From the NCBI GenBank assembly GCA_037310415.1, contig CP147780.1:2624001-2688000 (forward strand): 64,000 bases of DNA. Reading direction: 5' to 3'. Every line of letters begins with the position of its first letter. Within the stretch, counting starts at the first letter, position 1. The translations under genes and the position numbers were made by a program. Below the pieces are notes generated by a model. It worked only from the letters and a program-made list of their open reading frames with translations. It made no database searches and was not told the DNA's origin. Source of the stretch: Candidatus Atabeyarchaeum deiterrae (GTDB lineage Archaea > Asgardarchaeota > Atabeyarchaeia > Atabeyarchaeales > Atabeyarchaeaceae). Shown here one piece after another: positions 39,317-48,549 of this stretch.

Positions 39317-40664
39317 CTACATCTGGAAACCTGTCTTACCAGTACCCCACTTGGTCAAAGCAGTCTTAAGCTCCTCATGCTCCTCAGCATACTCACTAAC
39401 CTTAGTGCCCTGCATCACAGCATCAATGGCCTGCCTGAATGCTCTTGCACCTGCAGCTGGACCATTCGGGTGAGCGTGGATTGCGGGCTCATCAATTATA
39501 GATGGGCTTTCCGCCGCCTGACCCGATCATGATGTCAAAGCCAAGATCATTGCACACCTTGTCAACATGACCCGCAGTAATCCCACCACTAGGCATAGGC
39601 ATCGTAGGCTTAATATGCTGCAACGGAAACTGCATACGCTTCGCAATCATCAAAAACTTATCAACAAGTATAGGGGCTTTTCCGTACGGGGCCGGGTCGA
39701 GTAGTATGTCTGCGCCACATATGCGTGGTAGTTTGCTCATTATGAGTGTGGGTGATACTCCTGTTATGGGGCTGTAGCTCCATGCGCCTGCAATATCCAT
39801 GTGACCCATTATCGGCAAGGTGTTTGGTTCTTCTGCTACCATTCTTAGGGCGTCGAATCCTATTGCGAGGTAGTTGATGAGTAGTGCGTTTCCGCCTGCT
39901 TGTTTGACTGTGTCGGCGTTTTCTAGGAGTTTGTCGACTTTGTCGGTTATGTTGCAGCAGTATAGGGTTTTTTCGCCTTTTTCTTTGTTTGCTTTTTCTG
40001 CCATTTCCATGTAGAGTGGGACTCTGTCTGCGATTTTGTTGTATTCTGGTTCGGCGATGATTTCGTCGTCTTTGATGCAGTCTGTTCCGCCTACTGCGGC
40101 TCCGTAGAATAGGTCTTTGCCGACTTGTGGTGTGTATCCTGTTTTGGGTTTTATCATGTTGTTGAGTAGGGGTCTTTTGGGTATTTTCATGAGGGTTCTT
40201 ATTCCTTTGAGTCCGAGTTTTGGTCCTTTGAATCCTTTGAGCCAGCTTTTGGGGAACCATAGGTCCATGAGTTTGATTCTTCCGCCCATGCTGATGTTGC
40301 CGACTACGGTTGAGAGTAGCATGGGGATTTGGGCTCCGAAGTTTTCCCATGGGAAGCCTACGGCTATGATCATGTTGCGGTGGTCTACTTCTTTTGGTAC
40401 GGTGTAGACGTATTCGGGTGTTTCCCATATGCCGAGTACTTTTGCCTGGCGTTTGATTTTGAGTTCGATTGTTTCGCCTGGGACTGGTGTCCAGGTTCCT
40501 GTTGATTGTTCGAGGGCTGCCATTTCTGCTACGTCGATGACTGGTAGTGCGGGGTTGAGGCCTGCGAAGTAGAATCCGATGACGTATTTGTCTGTGTCGA
40601 GGCCGTCGAAGAATCCTTCTGGTTGGGCTTCGATGGGCATTTCGATGGGTTTTTCTTCTCCCAT
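39317..40664 (-). CDS. RuBisCO-like protein (form IV RLP), spliced join(39509..40664, 39317..39480), 439 aa
   Basis: EQSTGTW, GFKGPKLG, IKPKTG, DCIKDDE, MPSGG; exon 2 supplies IHAHPNGPAAGARAFRQAIDA...ALTKWG; GHMDIAG replaces the HRA motif of true RuBisCOs. Confidence 0.9.
39481..39508 (-). other. 28-nt bulge-helix-bulge/loop archaeal intron in RLP mRNA
   Basis: GCGG-AA^A-GCCCAUC-UAUAAUU-GAUGAGC-CCGC-AA^U; removal restores GGC GGA AUC CAC (GGIH) in frame. Confidence 0.85.
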
Positions 40665-40838
40665 GTTTTGGGTTGACCTCCTTGCTTGTTTTTAATGTTG
40701 TTAGAATTCGTTGTGGGTTTTAGAGTCTGGTGCGGTGATATAAACGTGATGGAGAGACTGTGGTGGTGAAAAGGTGTGTGGTCTGTGGACGAGGTCTGGT
40801 GCCAAGAGAAAAGAAGGTGAGGGGAAGTCTGTGCCCGT

Positions 40839-42029
40839 TTAGAGAGAGAATATGATGGCGCACGCGAAAAGTAGTAGTCCCAGCGACATGAATGAAACTG
40901 AGTACATGGCTGTAGCTGCCAATATGAAACCGGTTAGGATTGGTCCGAGTGCTTGTCCCACGTCCATTATGGTGCCGAGGAATCCCATTGCTGAACCATA
41001 GACTTCTTTTCTGCAGACTTCTGATATAAGCGGAGGAGTTGACGATGTAACGAGTGAGAAGCCTAAACCGAAGGTGACTGAGACCATGATGAGTTCGGGG
41101 AAGGATATTGCGAATTGTGTGGCGACCATTGGGATTCCGCTCAGTACCAAGCCTAGGATAATGGGTTTTTTTCTTCCAATCTTGTCTGAGAATTTTCCCA
41201 TGATGGGTTTGGCTAGGACAAAGGTAACTATTTCAGCTGCCAAGACGATGCCAGTTAGGAACGTGTTAATGCCAAGCAGCTGGGCATAGGGTACCAAGTA
41301 GAATTCAAAGGCTCCGTATGTGTAATAGATCGCTGCTTCCACTAGGCTTGTTGCAAGAATGCGCGGGTTCGAGGCGACTTCCTTCCACTCTCCGGCAGTG
41401 CTTCGTGGGATTTTGCTTGTGTTTTCAGCGGGTTTTAGTTCCTTTGTTGTTTTTTGAACTGGTCTTTTTTCAGGTTCTCTTTTTTCACGTAGGCCTGCTG
41501 CCGCGATTAGTGCTAAGACACCTGTTATGCCAACGACGATGTATAGTTCATGGTAGTCTGTCAATGTAACCAAGAGGATGTATCCTCCGAGGGCAGGAGC
41601 GATCGCTCTTCCGACGGCGGTTGATGATGAAAAGGTTGAGACTTTTTCCGCCCTACTCTTGGGATACCTTTCAACTACGGTGGCGTTGGCGACTGGGACG
41701 AGGATGGCTGTGGCGAAGCCATGATAGAATCTTACCAGGATCAGTTGGTATGGGTCAAGAACAAGTAGGTAGAGGAAAGGAGCGGTGGCAAATATGAGAC
41801 CAGCGAAGATGATCACTTTTCCTCGGCCTACTCGGTCAGAGATTGTTCCAGCTGGAAGACTGACGAGTATTCCGGGAATGGTTGAGGCGGCTGCGACGAA
41901 TCCAATTAAGTATGCTGGTGTCCCCAGGCTCTGTGCGAATGGGTTTAGAACGGGGCTCTTCGACATTGTTGAGCTGAGAATAGCGAAGAGTCCCATGATG
42001 CAGAGAGCGATGAAGAATCTCTTCGGCAT
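40839..42029 (-). CDS. MFS transporter
   Basis: About 12 TM helices; GTISDRVGR and GKFSDKIGRK motif A. Confidence 0.9.
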   Translation of the reverse strand: MPKRFFIALCIMGLFAILSSTMSKSPVLNPFAQSLGTPAYLIGFVAAASTIPGILVSLPAGTISDRVGRGKVIIFAGLIFATAPFLYLLVLDPYQLILVRFYHGFATAILVPVANATVVERYPKSRAEKVSTFSSSTAVGRAIAPALGGYILLVTLTDYHELYIVVGITGVLALIAAAGLREKREPEKRPVQKTTKELKPAENTSKIPRSTAGEWKEVASNPRILATSLVEAAIYYTYGAFEFYLVPYAQLLGINTFLTGIVLAAEIVTFVLAKPIMGKFSDKIGRKKPIILGLVLSGIPMVATQFAISFPELIMVSVTFGLGFSLVTSSTPPLISEVCRKEVYGSAMGFLGTIMDVGQALGPILTGFILAATAMYSVSFMSLGLLLFACAIIFSL

Positions 42030-42296
42030 AGGCAGTTCGACCCGGCTACTTAGAAGTAGACGTAACAACTGGAAATTGTCAGTATATGTGGCACCCATTG
42101 TTGGGTGACTCTTTCTGAAGTGGAAAAGTTGAGCGGAAATCATCCGACTATATTTCAGCTGTAGTTCCTCTCTATGACCTAGAATGAGAATGGTCTCTGA
42201 CAGCACCGCAATATTATCTTCAGGCCGAAGCAGTCCCTTGACTCTTTTGGTCCAAGCATGCACGGCGAAAGGTTCGTTTGTCAGCGCAGCATGTAC

Positions 42297-42755
42297 TTAG
42301 GATCTCACTTCCTGCTGACCTTCATCCTGCAAAATGGCTCGGAGAGCATCTAAGATAACGATTGCTTTTTCGATTGTCTCGCTGTCTGTCTCAGATGTCT
42401 TTTCTAGGCCTTTGAGAATGTAGCACAAACCGAGTGTTTCCTTGAGCTTGACTCCTTTTGGACTCTCTTCTGCGTCTATTTCAAAATCATGAATGAGTTT
42501 GCCTATTCTGATCGCAGCTGGATCTCGGACGTTGTATCTCTCTAGTAGAGCGTCATAGGTAGTTTTTTTCCCTTCGACGGGTTTGATTTCTGCTTTTCGC
42601 AATGTGAATGCAATTGAGCCTTCAGGAATCGGGTCGTCTTTGGAGATGAACTCAAATTTGGCTTTTTGGTCGATAAATCTCTTGATGAGCCATGCTGAGG
42701 CACACCGGTCAACATGAGGCTTGGTTCTGGTTACCCACTGCACTGTGGTTGTCAC
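42297..42755 (-). CDS. Chromate-resistance ChrB C-terminal-like domain protein
   Basis: WVTRTKPHVDRCASAWLIKRFID. Confidence 0.8.
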   Translation of the reverse strand: MTTTVQWVTRTKPHVDRCASAWLIKRFIDQKAKFEFISKDDPIPEGSIAFTLRKAEIKPVEGKKTTYDALLERYNVRDPAAIRIGKLIHDFEIDAEESPKGVKLKETLGLCYILKGLEKTSETDSETIEKAIVILDALRAILQDEGQQEVRS

Positions 42756-42783
42756 CTCAGAAAAATGAGAAATGGATGGTTTG

Positions 42784-43296
42784 TTATTCGTTGAGCTTCT
42801 TCCTCAGGAATTCTCTAATCAGCCTTTTGTCCATTTTCTCGATTTCGGCTTTGTGCTTTTCGCGGATCAGTTTCAGCTTGCAGTTGGTATAGAATGCGTC
42901 GTATACAGGGCTTCCTTTTGCAATGGCCTCGTGATCGTCTTTTGACATGGCTGCAATGCCAGTCATTACTGCCTCCAATCCTGCGGCTTCAGGTACGGAT
43001 TCTAGCTTGTCGGTATCAGCTGCGCGTACAATATCTGCCAACTTCAGGACTGGGGGATCCTTGATTTTATACTTTTCAATTATGGCGTCAAAACTACATT
43101 TGTCGCCGTGGTGTGTCAGTTCAACGTTTGCCGCGTCGTACGGTATCGCCTTCTCTTTCTTGACCACTTCTTCGATCTTTTCGACTGGGACGAAGATGAA
43201 CTCGGCTTTCGGATCCACGAATTTCCTTATGAGCCATGGACAGGCATTTCGGTCGACGTGAATATACTGCCTTGTTACCCATTTCATAGCTTTCAC
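42784..43296 (-). CDS. Chromate-resistance ChrB C-terminal-like domain protein
   Basis: MKWVTR..IHVDRNACPWLIRKFVD, HHGDKCSFDA, LADIVRAADT, PEAAGL. Confidence 0.85.
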   Translation of the reverse strand: MKAMKWVTRQYIHVDRNACPWLIRKFVDPKAEFIFVPVEKIEEVVKKEKAIPYDAANVELTHHGDKCSFDAIIEKYKIKDPPVLKLADIVRAADTDKLESVPEAAGLEAVMTGIAAMSKDDHEAIAKGSPVYDAFYTNCKLKLIREKHKAEIEKMDKRLIREFLRKKLNE

Positions 43297-43301
43297 CTAC
43301 A

Positions 43302-43343
43302 TAGATAAACTACTTATGTGAGTAGATTATCTACTTATATAAA
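43302..43343. promoter_or_regulatory. 13-bp inverted repeat (putative PadR operator) next to a TATA-like box between divergent genes
   Basis: tagataaactact-N6-agtagattatcta (1 mismatch) followed by ttatataaa. Confidence 0.6.
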
Positions 43344-43373
43344 GCTAGCTTGTACGCCAATGAGGTGGAAAAG

Positions 43374-43949
43374 ATGCATCGACTTCGAAGCATGAAAATC
43401 GGAACAGTCCAGCTTTGGCTTCTGTTACTCCTATCAGACAAGCCCATGTATGGCTATGAAACTATCCGGGAACTGGAGCGAAGATTCTCAGGGTACTGGT
43501 CGCCCAAGACAGGCACGATCTATCCCGCGTTGGAAAAACTGGAAGAAACTGGTCTTGTAACAGGACAAATGGAGTCCAGAGATCATGGACCAGACAGAAA
43601 GCACTATGCACTTACCGATAAAGGTAAAGTAGAATTGAAGTCTGCCATGGCTCAGTGGGCGAAAATGACTGAAATGATTGACACCTACAGAGAAACTCAT
43701 CAAGCATTGTTCAAGTTCAGAAAGGTGTGTACCCAAGTAGAAACTGCAAAAATGCTGACAGGACTCGGAACCTCCTTTGAAAATACAGCCTTCGAATTGT
43801 CAGACGTTTTTGCTTCAGAAGAGCGAAGAAAAGTTGAGTTAACCGAGCCTGTAGTCATGAAATTGCTGTATGCCAAAGAAGATCATAAGTACGAAATCCA
43901 CATAGAACTTGAATGGTTACCGCGCGAAAATGTTAGCGCTGATTCCTGA
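43374..43949 (+). CDS. PadR family transcriptional regulator
   Basis: PMYGYE, PKTGTIYPALEKLE, RKHYALTDKG. Confidence 0.9.
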   Translation: MHRLRSMKIGTVQLWLLLLLSDKPMYGYETIRELERRFSGYWSPKTGTIYPALEKLEETGLVTGQMESRDHGPDRKHYALTDKGKVELKSAMAQWAKMTEMIDTYRETHQALFKFRKVCTQVETAKMLTGLGTSFENTAFELSDVFASEERRKVELTEPVVMKLLYAKEDHKYEIHIELEWLPRENVSADS

Positions 43950-44102
43950 GAGTTAAGTGGTTTCTTCCTGCTCTTTTCGTAGGCATTCGCCTTCCCTTCT
44001 GCCTTTTCTTTGTCAAGAGCTTTCAGGAGGTTTTTTGTATTGGGGCTACTAGAGGTATTTGGGGTGGAGTTCGGATTAGGTGTGTGGAGGTTGGCGATGG
44101 TG

Positions 44103-44345
44103 ATGAAGTGGAAGAAGGCACCGCCTGAATTGGTTGATTTTCTCGCTGAGAAGATGAGGGGAGTTAAGTGTGAGTTTCGTAAGATGTTTGGGTATCCTGC
44201 GTATTTCATAAATGGCAACATGTTTGTCGGAATTCATGGAGATAGCCTGTTCATACGGTTGTCTAAGCCAGACATTGAGGAAATTAGGAAGACAAGATGC
44301 ACAGTCTTGCGTCTGTCATCGAGCAGAAGAAATCAGCCATTTTAG
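44103..44345 (+). pseudogene. TfoX/Sxy N-terminal domain protein, probably truncated
   Basis: MKWKKAPPEL, RKMFGYPAYFINGNMF, LFIRLS; similarity lost after ~65 aa. Confidence 0.6.
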
Positions 44346-45114
44346 GTTCTCTCTGCCCTGAGAACCACGAGATCTTTATAAGGGAGGCAAGCGGATATAC
44401 GTAGAACTCATTAGGTCTCAGTATACTATTTGGGGAGGCTGTATATGTCATCCAGCTTCTATGTTTACGTGAAACGATGAGTATAGGATGGTGATTGAAG
44501 CTGATATCGAATAATGGAAAGCAAAGGAGGTTTGCAGAAATGTGTAAGGATCTTGATGACGAGATCGTCTACTTGGACGACTACGACGAGGATGTCAAAG
44601 AAGTTAATTCAGAAGCAGAACAGAAAGAACCATCGATTGTTTTGTCGAAGTGAAGTCCGGAACGTGTTTGTGTTTTCCTGCTTTTAGGCTGGAATGGAAT
44701 CCGAACTGGATTTCGTGTTTTTCTGTATTTTGCCTGAACCTTTCCTTCCTTGAACTTATCTTTAATGTGCTAAGTCCAAGAAAGGATGGCCCATTGTTTT
44801 TGCCGCAACTTCAGTATCTGACGAGTCTTGTCAGGGGTCGCCGCGTCCAGACTACAATGTTCGACAAGTTGCCTTGCCTGGGCGACAAGTTTTTGGTTGC
44901 TCTTGGCGAGTTCACCGTTTATGTTTCTGATAAAGTCCTCCGGGTCGACGCGAATGTGTCCTCCTTGCAGGAAACATCCTGGTCGGAAGTGGACGTGCAG
45001 GGGTTTGAAAGTTGACTTCTTCCGCGCGACGATCATGGTGATTGGAAAAAGGAGAGGAACAGGTCTGATAGATGTATATCAGACGAATCCCTAGTATTCT
45101 CTACAGGTTTCTTA

Positions 45115-46716
45115 TTACTTCGTCTTCCTGCCTTGTCCCGCAGATCTGGCTCGCCTCATCAAGATGACGATTGAAAGTATGACTACAATTGCGACAACGC
45201 TGATCACTGCCATGATTATTAGAACTGGCTCTATTCCCTGTCCTATTGTAATTGCGTAGTTTGGTGAACTTGCGACGTTATCCGAGCTATCACTGGCGCT
45301 GATGTAGTAGGTGACGTTTGTTCCCGAGTTGAAGGGTCCTATAGTTGCCGTATATATGTCTCCTGAGAGGACCATTTGTGCTGAGCTCCAATAACCAGAG
45401 TCTGGAGTCTTATAGTTCAAGTTGACTAATTTAACTCCGATATTGTCAGTCACTGAGATCGAGATATCTATGCTTTGGCCGCCAACTGGACTCAAAGGTG
45501 AGGCGCTGGGCAAACCTAGGACTGGTGGAGTATAGTCGTACTGAAATGCAAAGATCTTGCCGTTATCCGAACCGTATGCTATGAGAGTTCCGTCACCAGA
45601 AATGCCTACGGCAGGTCCCCAGATTGAATCGGATATGTTGCCGCCGACATTATAGTTCCAGAGCAGTCCAAGATTCTTAGAGAATAACCATGCTCTCGGA
45701 TACAAGCTATATGTCGCGCTGCCCCATCCGCCACAAGCAATTGTAGACCCATCGGACGATACTGCCACTGTGTTGTATAGCAACGAATTGGTTTCGTAGT
45801 TGATGAGTGTCGCGTTGCTGGCTCGCGCAAATACCGTTAGATTTCCATCTCGGCTTCCTGCCGCGATAGTGTTACCATCAGCTGAAACGTCCACACCTTC
45901 TGCAGGGTTACTAGTCTTGTAAGTCCATATTGTTGTGTTACTTTGCCTTCCAAAAACATAGAATATAAAATCGTCGCTTCCCGCCACTATTGTGCTGCCA
46001 TTCGCTGAAACTGCTACGCCCTCTATGATTCCTGCCTTGTAGGTCCATAATGTTGTGTTGTCTTGTCTACCGAACACGCGCACATAGCCATAGGAGGGGA
46101 AGGGCCAATAGTGCTCGTCACCTGAGACTATTGTGCTCCCGTCGGCTGAAACTGCAACGCTGCGTACTCGGAGAGTTGTATTGTAGTTCCATATTGTCGC
46201 GTTGTTCTGCCTTCCGAAGACATAGACATAATGATTGTCTCCGCCCGCGACTATTGTGTTTCCATCAGCGGAAATAGCCACGCTGTTTATTGAAGCGGAA
46301 GCTTTGTATGCCCATATTGTCGTGTTGCTCTCTCTTCCAAAAGCGCGGATATAGCCATCGCTTCCTCCTGCAACTATTGTGCTACCGTTATCTGAGACTG
46401 CTACGCCATCTATGGCGCCCAAGGCGAATTTGTATGTCCATAGTGTCGTGTTGTCTTGTCTACCGAAGAGATAGATCTTGCCATTATAGCTTCCAGCCAC
46501 CACTGTGCCTCCGTCCTGTGAGACCGCCACTGCTTGCACGTCCCCACCCGTTTTGTAGCTCCAGTAGGGTGCAGAGGGAGGCGGCGGAATCAGTAGAGAC
46601 CTCGGTTGTGACAATGGTTGGCGCACTTGAGGGTTCTGAATGCTGGCCAATCCTAACAGGATCACTGCTAAGACGAGGAATGCTGACATTGAGATCGATC
46701 TATTTTTTGTCCTCAA
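45115..46716 (-). CDS. Secreted WD40/PQQ-like beta-propeller surface protein with Ig-like domain and C-terminal TM anchor
   Basis: About eight VAVS.DG.TIVAGS.D..I..FGR..NTT.WTY repeats; signal peptide; TM plus RR tail. Confidence 0.85.
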   Translation of the reverse strand: MRTKNRSISMSAFLVLAVILLGLASIQNPQVRQPLSQPRSLLIPPPPSAPYWSYKTGGDVQAVAVSQDGGTVVAGSYNGKIYLFGRQDNTTLWTYKFALGAIDGVAVSDNGSTIVAGGSDGYIRAFGRESNTTIWAYKASASINSVAISADGNTIVAGGDNHYVYVFGRQNNATIWNYNTTLRVRSVAVSADGSTIVSGDEHYWPFPSYGYVRVFGRQDNTTLWTYKAGIIEGVAVSANGSTIVAGSDDFIFYVFGRQSNTTIWTYKTSNPAEGVDVSADGNTIAAGSRDGNLTVFARASNATLINYETNSLLYNTVAVSSDGSTIACGGWGSATYSLYPRAWLFSKNLGLLWNYNVGGNISDSIWGPAVGISGDGTLIAYGSDNGKIFAFQYDYTPPVLGLPSASPLSPVGGQSIDISISVTDNIGVKLVNLNYKTPDSGYWSSAQMVLSGDIYTATIGPFNSGTNVTYYISASDSSDNVASSPNYAITIGQGIEPVLIIMAVISVVAIVVILSIVILMRRARSAGQGRKTK

Positions 46717-47032
46717 TTTCGATCACTGTGGATAGTTTTTAACTCTCAGAGTATTTCCTGAACTTCTATTTAGGCATTTCTTTGTGTGGATTTAAGAGAG
46801 ACCTCGTTCTCGGCATGAAGTTTGAGGTCTCGGGTTTCCATTTGATCCCATCGAATCGAAACACTTGGAAGAACACGACGCAAACAAGAAATATGAAGGT
46901 TCGGGAGCTGGGAAGGCTGAAAAAACCGTGAGAGGCCCAATCATATTGAGGCTTTGGAGATGAGGGATCTGGAAGGTAGAGGACTATTGTAGCAGTGATG
47001 AGATGCGTTCTATGTTCGCTGTCTTCAGCCTC

Positions 47033-47140
47033 TCATCTTACCGCTACTATCTCTTTTAGCATCGGTTCCTTCAGCTCCCCTCTTGGCGACCTATCCGAGG
47101 CGATGTCAACTTTCACGTCGAATTTCCCTTCGAGGAAATT
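47033..47140 (-). pseudogene. C-terminal remnant of an MNT nucleotidyltransferase
   Basis: FLEGKFDVKVDIASDRSPRGELKEPMLKEIVAV resembles the end of the MNT at 21528-21809. Confidence 0.4.
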
Positions 47141-47148
47141 CCCCTGGG

Positions 47149-47622
47149 TTATTTGATTGTTTGTTCTTGGATTTTGGTTTTCAGGGCAACGTCTAGGTTT
47201 TCCGAGGGTTTGCCGACGCTCCCAATGGAGGCTACTGGCGCGATCTCTGTCGGTGCCATGAGAACCTCTATTCTTCCGCGAACCCATTCGAGTCTTTCTG
47301 GTTCTGGTGAGTTTGCGAATGTGATAAGTTTCTTGCCTTTCAGATCCATCGTGAAGAGCTTCTTTATGTGCCTTCTGAGCAACTTGGGCGCTCGGCACTC
47401 CTCGGCTCCATGGCACTTCCTGCAAGCGAGGCATGGTGAACCAAGGGCAATGACATCGTACTCGCGAATGGATCCAAAATCCCTGAACTGCTTATCTTGA
47501 GATATCGTCACTTGCATATCGACGTCTTCTAGCCGCCGCCTGATCTTATCTGCTAGAAGCTTCATTTCAGCCATTTCGGAGTGATAGATAACTAGTGCCT
47601 TCAGCATGTCAGGCCGCCTCAA
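47149..47622 (-). CDS. Flavodoxin-like protein with CxxCxxC insertion
   Basis: ALVIYHS, YDVIALGSP, CLACRKCHGAEEC, LKGKK. Confidence 0.6.
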   Translation of the reverse strand: MRRPDMLKALVIYHSEMAEMKLLADKIRRRLEDVDMQVTISQDKQFRDFGSIREYDVIALGSPCLACRKCHGAEECRAPKLLRRHIKKLFTMDLKGKKLITFANSPEPERLEWVRGRIEVLMAPTEIAPVASIGSVGKPSENLDVALKTKIQEQTIK

Positions 47623-47807
47623 GAAGGTCTGCTTGAATCGTCACTTTTGTTATCTTCCCGAAGAGAACTGCTATTTTCCTTCAAGTTAGGCTCCCGCTGA
47701 GATTCATGTCATCATTGATTTCGAACTGTTATAAATGCCGAGTCATATGGCGATTTTCTCAGAGCTTAATTGACGAGGATCGGCCAGTTTGAAGGGTGGT
47801 GACCTTT

Positions 47808-48479
47808 TCAAACCTTGAATATCCTAAAGGTGCAGTTGGGAGAGTTGTGGTTGACAACCTCGTAGTCGTGAGGTATCTTGGTCACGTACTCAACGACAGC
47901 TAGGTGGCCCCTAGCGTTACTGCATTCGATGCCTCCGCCAGTTCTGCGAACACCGTCCTCGATCATCGCTGCGCAGGAATCCTTGAACCGGCATCCCTTA
48001 TACGAGAGGGAAGAGGAGTTCTCATCGCCTGTCACTGTGGCGTCTTCGCCTGATAGCAGGCGCATGGTCTTCTGCACGCTTATTTGGTTTTTGGATATTT
48101 CCGTGGTGCTGGTTCCACTTCCGTACACAGATGCCGATCCCATTTTCTCGAGAAATGCTTTCATCCCTTCTTTCAGGATGCTTCTTCCACCTGATGCGAT
48201 GCCGCCTTCTAATAGATTCTGGGCTGTGCCAATTCCATATGCCAATGCACAGAACCCGTTGGGATATTTTCCCAGGTTCTGGCTGATGTACTTCGCACAG
48301 TCTGACAAGGTTTCAGACGAGGGGGGGTTTGGGTCTCCGATCCTCTCAGCCAAGAATCGAACCGCGTGTTGCGCCGCGATTTTCTGGAAGACTGGTCCAT
48401 ATAGGCTGAGGGATTTAGTAGTTTCAACTACGAAGCTCAACATTGTCTTCGCATCAAAATCAGAGTTCGATGAAGACAT
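47808..48479 (-). CDS. Cys-rich V4R/MetOD1-like domain protein (paralog 1)
   Basis: GCRFKDSC...ECSNAR...HDY...PNCTFRIFKV. Confidence 0.6.
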   Translation of the reverse strand: MSSSNSDFDAKTMLSFVVETTKSLSLYGPVFQKIAAQHAVRFLAERIGDPNPPSSETLSDCAKYISQNLGKYPNGFCALAYGIGTAQNLLEGGIASGGRSILKEGMKAFLEKMGSASVYGSGTSTTEISKNQISVQKTMRLLSGEDATVTGDENSSSLSYKGCRFKDSCAAMIEDGVRRTGGGIECSNARGHLAVVEYVTKIPHDYEVVNHNSPNCTFRIFKV

Positions 48480-48549
48480 CTTATGCCTCCTTAATATTAC
48501 TCAGTAATCGGGTGGCTGTCCCCTAATCGAACTTTCCTTTGACTAATAA

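Noticed and set aside
39489-39494. Selenocysteine or stop readthrough at tandem TGA TGA in RLP
   Set aside because: Readthrough stays in the wrong frame; the insertion is 28 nt, so only excision (or a frameshift) restores the C-terminus.
39661-40428. 255-aa R/Q/H-rich alternative-frame ORF inside RLP
   Set aside because: Shadow ORF caused by A/C third-position bias suppressing stop codons.
44770-45036. 88-aa minus-strand ORF
   Set aside because: No recognisable motif and competing overlapping ORFs on the other strand; coding status unsupported.
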